Shown here: positions 53,414-64,000 of the stretch, one piece after another
Layout: every line of letters begins with the position of its first letter
Numbering within the stretch: position 1 is the stretch's first letter
Origin: Octopus vulgaris
Lineage: Eukaryota
NCBI GenBank assembly: GCA_951406725.2
Contig: OX597824.1
Location: 24,304,001-24,368,000 of the forward strand
DNA: 64,000 nt
Direction: 5' to 3'
Position numbers and translations under genes: made by a program
Notes under the pieces: generated by a model
What the model was told of the DNA's origin: nothing
Databases searched by the model: none
What the model saw: only the letters and a program-made list of their open reading frames with translations

Positions 53414-53875
53414 GGTTAGTAGCCATCGCTCTTAACCACTATGCCATATGCCCGTGGGCAATTATGGAGTGAATTTTAGGACTTATAAATCTAATATTTT
53501 TCTATCCTTCCTTAATACCTAAGCAGACCGAGTGCAGATATGAGCAGTATATGGGAACCGGTATTAAGGAAGGATAGAAAAATATTAGATTTATAAGCCC
53601 TAAAATTCACCCCATAATTGCCCAGGGCATAGTGGTTAAGAGCGCGGGCTACTAACCCTAAAATTCCGAGTTCGATTCCAAGCAGTGACGAGAACACCAA
53701 TAATAATAATAATAATGATATTATGAGAACCCAGATTCGAAATTTCTCCAAGACACCTGATGATGGCTGGAGGGTATATCAGCCGAAACGTTGAGTTAAC
53801 AAGAAACAAGATGAGGGCAAATATCCGTCGAATGTCAATAATGTACATAATTCCTCATCTCTTAAATATAGAACT
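53414..53875 (+). mobile_element. Fold-back element containing a tRNA-like segment (53626-53690) and an HHR motif (53752-53797)
   Basis: 53414-53519 vs reverse complement 53560-53658; A-box tagtggttaag, B-box gagttcgattcc; GACAC-CUGAUGA-U-GGCUG..CAGCC-GAAAC-GUU|GAGUU. Confidence 0.7.
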
Positions 53876-54857
53876 GAAAGAAACATTAGTTTCAAATTTT
53901 AGCACAAGGCCAGCAGTTGTGGAGAAGGGGGCTACTCGATTACATTAACCGAAAGGATGAAAGACAAAGTCGACCTCGGTTTAATTCGAACTCAGAACAT
54001 AAACACGAACGAAATACCACTGAACATTTTCCCCGGCGTGCTAACGATTCTACCAGCTCGCCGCCTTTGTAATAATCATTCCTCCTAAAGGCACAAGGCC
54101 TGAAATTTTGAGGGAAGGGAACAGTCGATTACATTGACCAACAACCACGGAAGGATGACAGACAAAGTCAACCTCGGCGGGACTTGAACTCAGAACGTAA
54201 AGACGAACGAAATACTGCTTTACGTATTACTCGGAGTGCTAACGATTCTGCTAGTACGCGTCCTTAACCCTAAAAAAAACATAATAAATAGGTATTTTGT
54301 GTTCCTTCTTTATGCTTTGGTTTAAAATCCAAACTACCAGGCCCGCCTTAATTTAACTTAATCTAAAGGGGGTTGTTTTCTCTTTGGTAGTTGACCTCTA
54401 GGGGTACACCACGTGTATAAGATTAACTCATTTATAAAAATGTAAATATATCTCCTGCAAAAATGTGACTGTACCCCCACCCCCACCCCCCTTTGCCTAA
54501 ATATCTGTCGCTGTCTGGTCTGTTGGAAAACGTATTTATACTGAACAAGGAACATCTCCGTCAGGCTGACTGGTTCTGGATGTATATTTATAAAATAGGT
54601 CACTTCTTTACCAGTAACGCCATGACACAGAAAAGATTCATGAAATATTTTCAAGTTTTCATACGAATTCACATGAAACCTGCACCGTTAAACCGCCAAA
54701 AATAACCGCTACTTGAACCTTATATATTTATATATTATATATTTCTATTTATTTTCTTTCTCAATTTTTTACATTCCATACACATATTTTTCTAACTCTT
54801 TCATTCTCTAACTAGTTTCAGTCACAACATTTTGTTAGAACCGATAAGGATTTTGAC

Positions 54858-54938
<81 letters not shown>

Positions 54939-54942
<4 letters not shown>

Positions 54943-55192
54943 TTCCTATCATAGTAGGTGCATTAGGCATGATAAAAAAACATATTCAGACAAATACATA
55001 ACAAAAACACCAGGACTTACAAACACATATAACATACAGAAAATTGCACTACTAGGCACTGCACACATCCTACGCAGAACACTTTCCATACAATAACCAT
55101 CAGAGCATCACAACAAATCACAGCACATACCCAAGGCACACAGAGCTGCGCTCGGTAGTGAAGTGAAAGCACGCTATAAAAAAATAAAACTA

Positions 55193-55195
<3 letters not shown>
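54939..55195 (+). mobile_element. 5'-truncated R4/Dong-clade LINE inserted in (TAA)n
   Basis: TIPIIVGALGMIKK..NIQKIALLGTAHILRRTLSIQ* (stop 55094-55096), typical of the RLE C-terminus; (TAA)n on both sides. Confidence 0.85.
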
Positions 55196-55259
<64 letters not shown>

Positions 55260-55796
55260 GCACTGATTCAGTACCAGGCAGTGGCTCTCGTGGCTTCTGA
55301 TCTTTACTGATTGGAAGTGTCATTATGTACATTGTCTTGTTTTGGTATAAAAGATGGGACACAGCAAATATTCTGCTCAATACCACAGATTTCTTTGCTT
55401 GTCAGCTGTTTGACCTTAACCAGTTGAGCATGTCCCTTAGTGGCTGACGGTATGTGCATCTCTGATCACGAGCAGAAGTAGTGGGAGAGCATCATAGTGT
55501 CCAAGTGGTACTTATTTTACCGACCCCAAAAGGAGGAACAGCAAAGTCGATTTCGGCGTAATTTGAACTCAGAACGTAGCGACGGGTGAAATACCGTGGA
55601 GCATTTCCTCCAGCGTGCTAACGATTCTGCCAGTTCGCCGCCTTAATAATTTCAAAAGTTGGCACACGGCTAGGAGGTTTGGGAAAGGGGCTGAGTCAAT
55701 TAAATCGACACCATGTGTTCTAATGGTACTTATTTTATCGACCCCCTAAAGGATGAAAGGTAAAGTCAACCTCGGCGGAATTTGAACTCAGAAAAA

Positions 55797-55869
55797 TGAA
55801 GAAGAAGAAGAAGAAGAAGAAGAAGAAGAAGAAGAAGAAGAAGAAGAAGAAGAAGAAGAAGAAGATGAC

Positions 55870-55905
<36 letters not shown>

Positions 55906-55977
55906 GAAGATAAAGAAGCAGAAGAAGATAAAGAAGCAGAAGAAGAAGAAGAAGAAGAAGAAGAAGAAGAAGAAGAA

Positions 55978-56009
<32 letters not shown>

Positions 56010-56010
56010 C

Positions 56011-56073
<63 letters not shown>

Positions 56074-56348
56074 GATAAAGAAGAAGAAGATGAAGAAGAA
56101 GAAGAAGAAGAAGAAGAAGATGACGATGATGGAGATGATGATGATGATGATGATGATGAAGAAGAAGAAGAAGAAGAAGAAAAAGAAGAAGAAGAAGAAG
56201 AAGAAGAAGAAGAAGAAGAAGAAGACGATGATGGAGACGATGATGATGATGATGATGATGAAGAAGAAGAAGAAGAAGAAGAAGAAGAAGAAGAAGACGA
56301 TGATGGAGACGAAGAAGAAGAAGAAGAAGAAGAAGAAGAAGAAGAAGA
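55797..56348. repeat. Compound (GAA)n/(GAT)n microsatellite
   Basis: Alternating blocks over ~550 bp. Confidence 0.95.
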
Positions 56349-56882
56349 ATGGTTTCAAATTTTGACACAAGGCCAGCAATTTTAGGGGCAGGAGTAAGGC
56401 GATTCCGTGCAAGCCCAGTACTTCCTTGCTACTACATTTTATCGAGCGCGGATGGAAAAAAAGGCAATGCTGTGAAAGTAGTCAGATTATAAATAACCTG
56501 AGTTACATTACAATAATTTACTCTTGAGAAATTCAGGTGACTGGACATCAAAAAGATATTCTTCTGGTATGTAGAAATTTAGACATTTTAGATGACTCAT
56601 TCCGTTCACATAAAACTCGATAAACCTGTGTGTGAATTTCTCTGTGTGTGTGTGTATGTGTGTGTGTGTGTATGTGTTAGTGTGTGTGTGTGTGGTAAAT
56701 GGTAAAGAGGTCCACCTAGATTTTGTAATGTTTGCGTAAAAAAAAAATATGTCAAACAAGTTCAGGTGTTCTGGGAATATGGCTCATGTGATGATTACAA
56801 GGTATTTCTGCTTTAAGACGTCATCCACACGCACACACACACACATAAATATGTGTGTGTGTGTGTGTGTGCAAGTATGTAT

Positions 56883-56913
<31 letters not shown>

Positions 56914-57137
56914 CACACATAAACACACGAACATGAGAACGAATATTTCCCTGTGTGAGTGTCTGTATACATACACATAAATGTACGTACATATATGCAA
57001 ATCTATCTATATATATATATATGTATACATATGCATACATATACTTATACATGCATATACATACACATACATACATACATATATACGTATACACATACAC
57101 ACGCACACATACAAATATATATATGTATATATATATG

Positions 57138-57208
<71 letters not shown>

Positions 57209-57213
57209 GTATG

Positions 57214-57307
<94 letters not shown>

Positions 57308-57458
57308 GTAAGTAAATACTCAGGGTTGATCCTAGGCTTTAATAAAATATAAAATATATTGTGACCAGAAAAAAATCTTTATCAGTAAAAGACAATGTAA
57401 GATATGGGAACGTGTGGGCGTGTGCGTGAGTGTTTGCGTGTATTATGTATGTATATGC

Positions 57459-57518
<60 letters not shown>

Positions 57519-57703
57519 TTGTGTGTGTGTTTTCATACATATGTACACACACCTGAAGGAATTAGACCCAGCCGAGTGGGTTGCACCTATGTCCACATAT
57601 AAACAAAATAAATATATACAAGACAAGTGTAAACAAAGCTGTTAGTCGAGGCCATAGAGATACACATATTTTTATTTTGTATACACGTTGCATTTAATAT
57701 ACA

Positions 57704-57790
<87 letters not shown>

Positions 57791-57818
57791 TGTATATATA
57801 TATATACATATACATGTA

Positions 57819-57889
<71 letters not shown>

Positions 57890-58115
57890 ATAAATATTAG
57901 GGAATAAATCCAAATTTACAGGGAAAAATCAGATTTAGGATTGAATCCAATTTTATAGTAAAATATTATATAATATTAATTAGAGACAAAACCACTATTT
58001 TGCAAATCAAACAAGGAAAGACTTAATCAATACATAAAAAAATTTTAATATAAAGTAAATATATATATATGTAAGTATATATGTATCAAAAGAAAAACAG
58101 GACGCAAAGGATTGT

Positions 58116-58202
58116 GCGGTACATATGTTTCTGGCTTTATTAAACTATTTATATCAATGCATAATTGATATAACATGTAGTACAACAGCCTTCTTCAGCC
58201 GC
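58116..58202 (-). ncRNA. Type-I hammerhead ribozyme, canonical core; homolog of 34478
   Basis: GCGG-CUGAAGA-A-GGCU...AGCC-A-GAAAC-AUAU-GUA|CCGC; inner hairpin UAUAUCAAU/AUUGAUAUA. Confidence 0.8.
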
Positions 58203-58449
58203 GTACAATTACCACACCAAAGACATGTATTACATTATAGCAGGTTTGAGAAAAAGTTTGGGAAGAAAATGATAGATGTCCAGTTACAGTTCATCCTTGT
58301 TATATAATAGTTTCACATTATTAGTTTCAGTATTTAAGTGAAAGCATGTGACATTACAATAGAGAGATGTTTTTGTTTCACTTTTGACACGTAGTACTGA
58401 AATAGTAAAGAAGATATGATATTGCTGTGGGCTTGCACTAGCCAAGAAG

Positions 58450-58605
58450 TTAAAAACATTTTTGCCCATGACACTACATGGACCCTAAGTAAGGCATGTG
58501 TAAAATTTGAATGAAATTGGTTGTGTAGTTCTCGAGTTTTATGGATTCACACAGACAGACAGAGAGACAGACACACACACACATTCTCAGTTTTATATAT
58601 AGAGA
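58450..58605 (-). mobile_element. Helitron-like 5' end
   Basis: Minus strand starts TCtctatatataaaa next to a (GACA/CA) tract, the same layout as the 50275 and 17181 ends. Confidence 0.5.
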
Positions 58606-58990
58606 TTATGTGTATATGCATATTTAGATATGTATATGTATATATATTTGGATGTGGGGGTATGTGTGTATGCGTCCGTGTACGTGTGTGTCTTTGTATA
58701 CATGTATGTATGTATGTATGTATGTATGTATGCATGTATGCATGTATGTATGTATATTATGTATAACCATATACAAACGCCTGCGCCCCTACACAGCAAG
58801 GCATATCATTTGAAAGTTAAAATAATACGAAGCGTATTGCGACGAACAGTGCATAGCAATATAATATATATGTGTATAAATATATATATATATACATATA
58901 TATAGATCTATATATACACATATATATAGATCATTAGCCACTACACACATTTTTTCTCTCCTTGTTTCTCTCCTTGTTTTTTCTGTGTCC

Positions 58991-59026
58991 CTTTCTGTAG
59001 AAGAACGTAGGCTCGAAACGTAAAAG
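58991..59026 (+). ncRNA. Hammerhead motif, family A (element ~58927-59120)
   Basis: CUUU-CUGUAGA-A-GAAC(GUAG)GCUC-GAAAC-GUA|AAAG. Confidence 0.55.
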
Positions 59027-59115
59027 CCTTTTTCTATTCCTGAGCGTTATACTAATACATCTGTTTGTTTTCTACACCACCTGTCTTCGTCTTTTGTTTT
59101 TTTTCGTAAACTCAC

Positions 59116-59187
<72 letters not shown>

Positions 59188-59662
59188 TATGTATGTGTGT
59201 ATGTATATATACATGCGCATAGGTATGCGTATCTGTATTTTTGTGTATATCTTTACGTCTGTGTTTGTCAAGCGCCCTCACCAGCCAACACTCGACACCC
59301 TGTGTTCATTTCTATACTCCTGTATATTCCACAGCATCTCGAGGAAAACCCGAAGAATAAGCACAAAACGTTTTAAATAAGCACCGAGATCAAACCATGT
59401 GACTTTAAAACCCATTTCAAATCCGAGACCGAGTATGGTTACAGTCGAACGACTAAAGCAACTGTAAAAGTACGAGAAAAAAAAATCCCGGTTTAGTGTT
59501 CAGCACGTGTTAGGGTAACTTATTGTCATGAACCAACATGAAAATCTTAATATCCCTATTTGACCTTGTAACTTACTTCATGATTGCCGTAAATTCCTCT
59601 CGTGCGTGTAGCGTGTATATACACGTAATAGAAAAGCGAAGGTAAATTGAATCGTCGTTGGG

Positions 59663-60622
59663 TTGCTTGTTCAGTCACGTGACATGTCTGTTTTAATATA
59701 TTAGTGTTTGTTTACCCCCACCGCTTGATAACCGGTGTTGGTTTTTTTTGCATCCTCGTAACTTATCAGTTCGGCAAAAGACCGATAGAAGTATCAGACT
59801 GAGAAGAAAATACTTTTAAATCAATAAATTAGTGGTTGAGTTCACCTCAGATACGTTGTGTTGCTTGTTCAATAACTTCACAAGTCTGCTTATTAGTGTT
59901 TGTTCACCCCACCGCTTGATAACCGGTGTTGGTTTGTTTATATCTCCGTAATGTAGCAGTTCGGCAAAAGACCGGTGGGAGTATCAGACCGAAAAGAAAA
60001 TATTTTTTACCAATAAACTAGTGGTTGAGTTCACCTCAGATACGTTCTGTTGCTTGTTCAATAACTTCACAAGTCTGCTTATTAGTGTTTGTTCACCCCA
60101 CCGCTTGATAACCGGTGTTGGTTTGTTTACATCTCCGTAATGTAGCAGTTCGGCAAAAGAGCGATAGACTTATCAGACCGAGAAGAAAATATTTTTTTTA
60201 ACAATAAACTAGTGGCTGAGTTCACCTCAGATACGTTGTGTTGCTTGTTCAATAACTTCACATATCTGCTTATTAAAGTTTGTTCACTCCAGAGTTTGAC
60301 AACCGGTGTTAGCTTGCTTATGTCTCAGTAACGTAGCAGTTCGGCAAAAATGATTGAGAGAAGTATCAAACAGAAGAAAAAAATGTTATCAGTGAACTAG
60401 TGGCTGAGTTCACTTCAGACACGTTGCGTTGCTTGTTCAGTCACATGACATATCTGCTAAATAAATTAGTGTTTGATTTCTCCACCGCTTGACAACCGCT
60501 GTTGGTCTGTTTATGTCTGTGTAACGTAACAGTTCAGCAAAAACAGACTGACAGAATAAGCTCCAGGCCGAAACAAAAAAAAAAGAATAGAAATTTAGTG
60601 GCTGAGTTCAACTCAGACACGT
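59663..60622 (+). repeat. ~190-bp tandem array (5 units) partly derived from the SINE family K 3' half
   Basis: Units start at 59663, 59861, 60050, 60241 and 60429; each contains ccgcttgataaccggtgttgg..gttcggcaaaa or a close variant. Confidence 0.9.
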
Positions 60623-60866
60623 CCAACTCTTAACATAATTTTCATACAGAATCATTGCGACAGGGTTTATGTGAAACAATGGTTGGCTCTTTGAAATACA
60701 AACACAATCGATTCACTGGGCTTCCACATAGTTTCCGTTTATCCATTTTGTCTCTCAATGTTCTTTCCAACTCGAGACTATGGTGAAATATACTTTATGA
60801 GTGGAGCGTAAGTTGAACTCCTTCAACCCTCGGTTGTGGTACTTTATACGCATGTACTCATTACAA

Positions 60867-60910
<44 letters not shown>

Positions 60911-60925
60911 ACATTTATATATATA

Positions 60926-61220
60926 CTAGCAGTATCGCTCGGCGTTGCTCGGGTTTGTAAGGGAAATAACTATATAAGCATTTTTAGAGAGTTATAGCAA
61001 AACAATAGCAAAAAATGCATTAAAAATGGATAAAAATGATGGTAAATTTTTTTTTAAATCGAAGACTCATCGTAGACGCGCGCTAATACCCAGAAGGGCT
61101 CGATATGAATCACGACTATAAGATACCCGGTTTTGGTTAAACTGCACCGCAAAATGTGGGAGTAGTTAGGAATCTAAATCGTAGGAGACAGACACACAAC
61201 TTGACTTTTATATATAAAGA
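60926..61220 (-). mobile_element. Non-autonomous Helitron, full length
   Basis: Near-identical to 16785-17181 but lacking an internal duplication; TC...CTAG ends, AT target. Confidence 0.85.
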
Positions 61221-61221
61221 T

Positions 61222-61448
61222 TTCTTTACTACCCACAAGGGGCTACACACAGAGGGGACAAACAAGGACAGACAAACGGGTTAAGTCGATTACATCGACC
61301 CCAGTGCGTAACTGGTACTTAATTTATCGACCCCGAAAGGATGAAAGGCAAAGTGGACGTCGGAATTTGAACTCAGAAAGTAACGGCAGACGAAATACGG
61401 CTACGCATTTCGCCCGGCGTGCTAACGTTTCTGCCAGCTCGCCGCCTT
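61222..61448 (-). mobile_element. SINE family M
   Basis: Full head, body and tail; the Helitron sits at its tail. Confidence 0.9.
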
Positions 61449-61900
61449 ATACACACATTTATATATACATTGTGTGGTTAGATGCTTGCTTCCCAACCTC
61501 ATAGTTCTGCGTATGCCCATAAAGGCAAATCCATTTATACGCACATTCACATCAACGATACAAACAGAAACATACAAAATATATACGAAAAAATACCTAC
61601 ACGTACATATAGCCACCCAGATATACAGCCGAGAAAGGAAAAAAAAAAATCCTCTCGACATGTTATGCTAGAAATAGTAGTCAAATCTCTCTGAAATCAC
61701 ACCCCTTAAGGTCACATTGGATAACGTAGTCCGGGATACATTATGCCTAGATTGGGAAATAGATGAGATTATCTAAATCGGGAACGCCTTTGATCATAAT
61801 CTCGCTTGGTCAGAACCAACATGGCGGTGGTAGCAACGGTGATGATGCAGTGGGAAATTAACAAAATATACACCGGTCATATATATATATATATACATAT

Positions 61901-61931
<31 letters not shown>

Positions 61932-62037
61932 AAGTTAATCCAAACAAGAAAACAGAAAAAAAGAGAAAAAAACACAGCAACGCGAGGACGTGGAACAATT
62001 AAAGTATTATTGACGCTCAGGAAAGAAGGGAAGGAGG

Positions 62038-62072
62038 GTTTAACGTTTCGAGCGGAGCTCTTCGTCGGAAAC
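62038..62072 (-). ncRNA. Minimal hammerhead, family B (CCGACGA core; element ~61930-62112)
   Basis: GUUU-CCGACGA-A-GAGC(UCC)GCUC-GAAAC-GUU|AAAC; perfect stem I. Confidence 0.65.
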
Positions 62073-62244
62073 AAGGAGAAGGAAAGATCCCAAGAAGGGA
62101 AGACAGAGGAAATATATATATATACATGCATATAAACATGTCTATATATCGATGTAGTCATACTATGTGCAAATACGCACCATATTGGCACATACATGCA
62201 TGTCCATACATGTATATACACATACACAATAGGTATGTGTGGTA

Positions 62245-62412
62245 ACATAGCTGTGTGGTAAGAAGCTTGCTTCATAACTACATGGTTCCGGGTTCAGTCC
62301 TACTGTGTGGGACCTTGGGCAAGTGTCTTATACTATAGTCCTTCGTGCCGCGCAAAGCCTTGTGAGTGCATTTGGTAGGCGGAAAGTTAAAAAAGCCCGT
62401 CGTATATATAAG

Positions 62413-62463
<51 letters not shown>

Positions 62464-62560
62464 ATACCGCGTGACAACCGGTGTTGGACTGCTTACGTCC
62501 GCGTAACTTAGAGTTTCGGCAAAACTAATAAGTATTAGGCTTTAAAAAATAAGTCCTGGG
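62245..62560 (+). mobile_element. SINE family K, diverged
   Basis: Head, body and internal (TG)n; tail continues near 62920-62990. Confidence 0.75.
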
Positions 62561-62572
62561 TGGTAGATTTGT

Positions 62573-62660
<88 letters not shown>

Positions 62661-62666
62661 TATGTA

Positions 62667-62707
<41 letters not shown>

Positions 62708-62731
62708 GCATATATATATATATATATATAT

Positions 62732-62855
62732 AAACCCTCCTTCTTTCCTTCTTTCCTTCTTTCCTTCTTTCCTGAGCGTCCAATAACACTGTACTTGTTC
62801 CACGTCCTCGCGTTCTTGTGTTTTCTCTTTGTGTTTTCATGTTTGGATTAACTTT
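62732..62855 (+). mobile_element. Family B fragment beginning at the predicted HHR cleavage site
   Basis: Starts aaaccctcc right after (TA)n; colinear with the reverse complement of 61930-62041. Confidence 0.75.
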
Positions 62856-63517
62856 ATATATATAGATATATACACGACCGACGGGCTGTGTGTGTGCGTG
62901 TGCGTGCGTGTATGTGTAAGTTTCGGGGTCGATTTACTCGATTAAAGCTCTTCGAGGTGGTGCCCCAGCATGGCCGCAGTGTCCAAGTGAAAGATGAACG
63001 ATCGACATAAACACATGCATTTACAAGTCTCTACATACACACACACGTGCGCGCGTGCACAGAGAGAGAGTGAGTGAGTGAGAGGCAGCCTGAGACAGAC
63101 AGACAGACAGACTGAGACAGACAGACAGACAGACAGTCAAACAGTCAGCTAGACATGTACAGAGATCAATGCACGCAGTTACATGAAGCCAAGAAGCCAA
63201 TGGTAGATAAAGCAGAGACTGAAGAGGTTGGTGTACGTAACAAGCTGTGACAGATCATTGTAATATCGGCGGCTTCTTTAACCCCGAACTACTTGTGCTA
63301 GGAAGGGCAGGTAGCGTAAGGAGGTGGGGGGAGGGGTAAGGGTTAGGGTTTAATGAGGAGGAGTGACGGAGGTGGGTAGAGAGCTGTGGAGACGGCGCAG
63401 ACAAGAATGAACCGGTACTCTGTCTGTGTGTCTGTGTGTCTGTGTGTCTGTCTGTCTGTCTGTGTGTCTGTCTGTCTGTCTCTCTCTTTCGAGATAACAC
63501 GGACGACCAATGCTTAC

Positions 63518-63560
63518 CCGGCAACAGATAGCAAAGTAGAGCTCCATCGCATGCCAGCAC
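63518..63560 (-). other. Candidate 43-nt internal exon of an unidentified host gene
   Basis: Minus strand: (CT)n..ctgtacctgtAG|GTGCTGGC...GCCGG|GTAAGC; all three frames open (e.g. [14 protein letters not shown]). Confidence 0.4.
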
Positions 63561-63570
63561 CTACAGGTAC

Positions 63571-63614
<44 letters not shown>

Positions 63615-63768
63615 GGGACAGAATCAGAGAGGGAGAGGAGAGAGAGGAGGAGGAGGAGAGAGGCAGACAGACAGACAGGCAAGCAGACAGACAAGCAGGC
63701 AAGCAGACAGACAGACAAACTGAGAGAGAGAGGGAGTAACAGACATAAACGAGGACAGACAGACAGAC

Positions 63769-63841
<73 letters not shown>

Positions 63842-64000
63842 TACCGAGGAAGAGAGAGAGAGAGAGAGAGAGTGGCAGACAGAGACAGAGAGAGAAAGGC
63901 AGAGACAAAGACAGAGACAGAGAGAGAAAGGCAGAGACAAAGACAGAGACAGAGAGAGAAAGGCAGAGACAAAGACAGAGAGAGAGAAAGGCAGAGACAA

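Noticed and set aside
55735-56412. Long poly-K/M, poly-F/I, poly-L/H (or poly-E/D) ORFs
   Set aside because: Pure (GAA)n/(GAT)n compound repeat between SINE fragments; no splice or start context.
59663-60622. Regularly spaced repeats superficially like a CRISPR array
   Set aside because: Whole units are homologous (no unique spacers), SINE-derived, eukaryotic context, no cas genes.

Overview
Repeat-saturated, gene-poor eukaryotic DNA with one 100-N scaffold gap (30531-30630). The tRNA-derived SINE families and the extreme (TA)n/(TG)n/(TATG)n/(GATA)n density suggest an octopus genome (inference). Almost every ORF in the supplied track is a microsatellite artefact, and no host protein-coding gene can be supported beyond one possible 43-nt exon (63518-63560, -). 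Recognisable content: several SINE families (some multimerised or turned into satellites); decayed LINE fragments (two RTE, one R4/Dong inside (TAA)n, one CR1/L2-like RT scrap); two Penelope-like element (PLE) ORF remnants with GIY-YIG domains; non-autonomous Helitrons; and hAT, mariner and Merlin-like DNA elements. The main hidden signal, read by hand, is about 16 minimal type-I hammerhead ribozyme (HHR) motifs from roughly 9 short repeat families. Most sit in or beside (TA)n or other microsatellites, often in tandem or fold-back arrangements. They show stem covariation and non-canonical cores (U3-A8, U4C, A6U). One tandem pair has cleavage sites 362 nt apart (retrozyme-like), and one copy starts at the predicted cleavage site. 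All folds were read by eye and need computational and biochemical confirmation.
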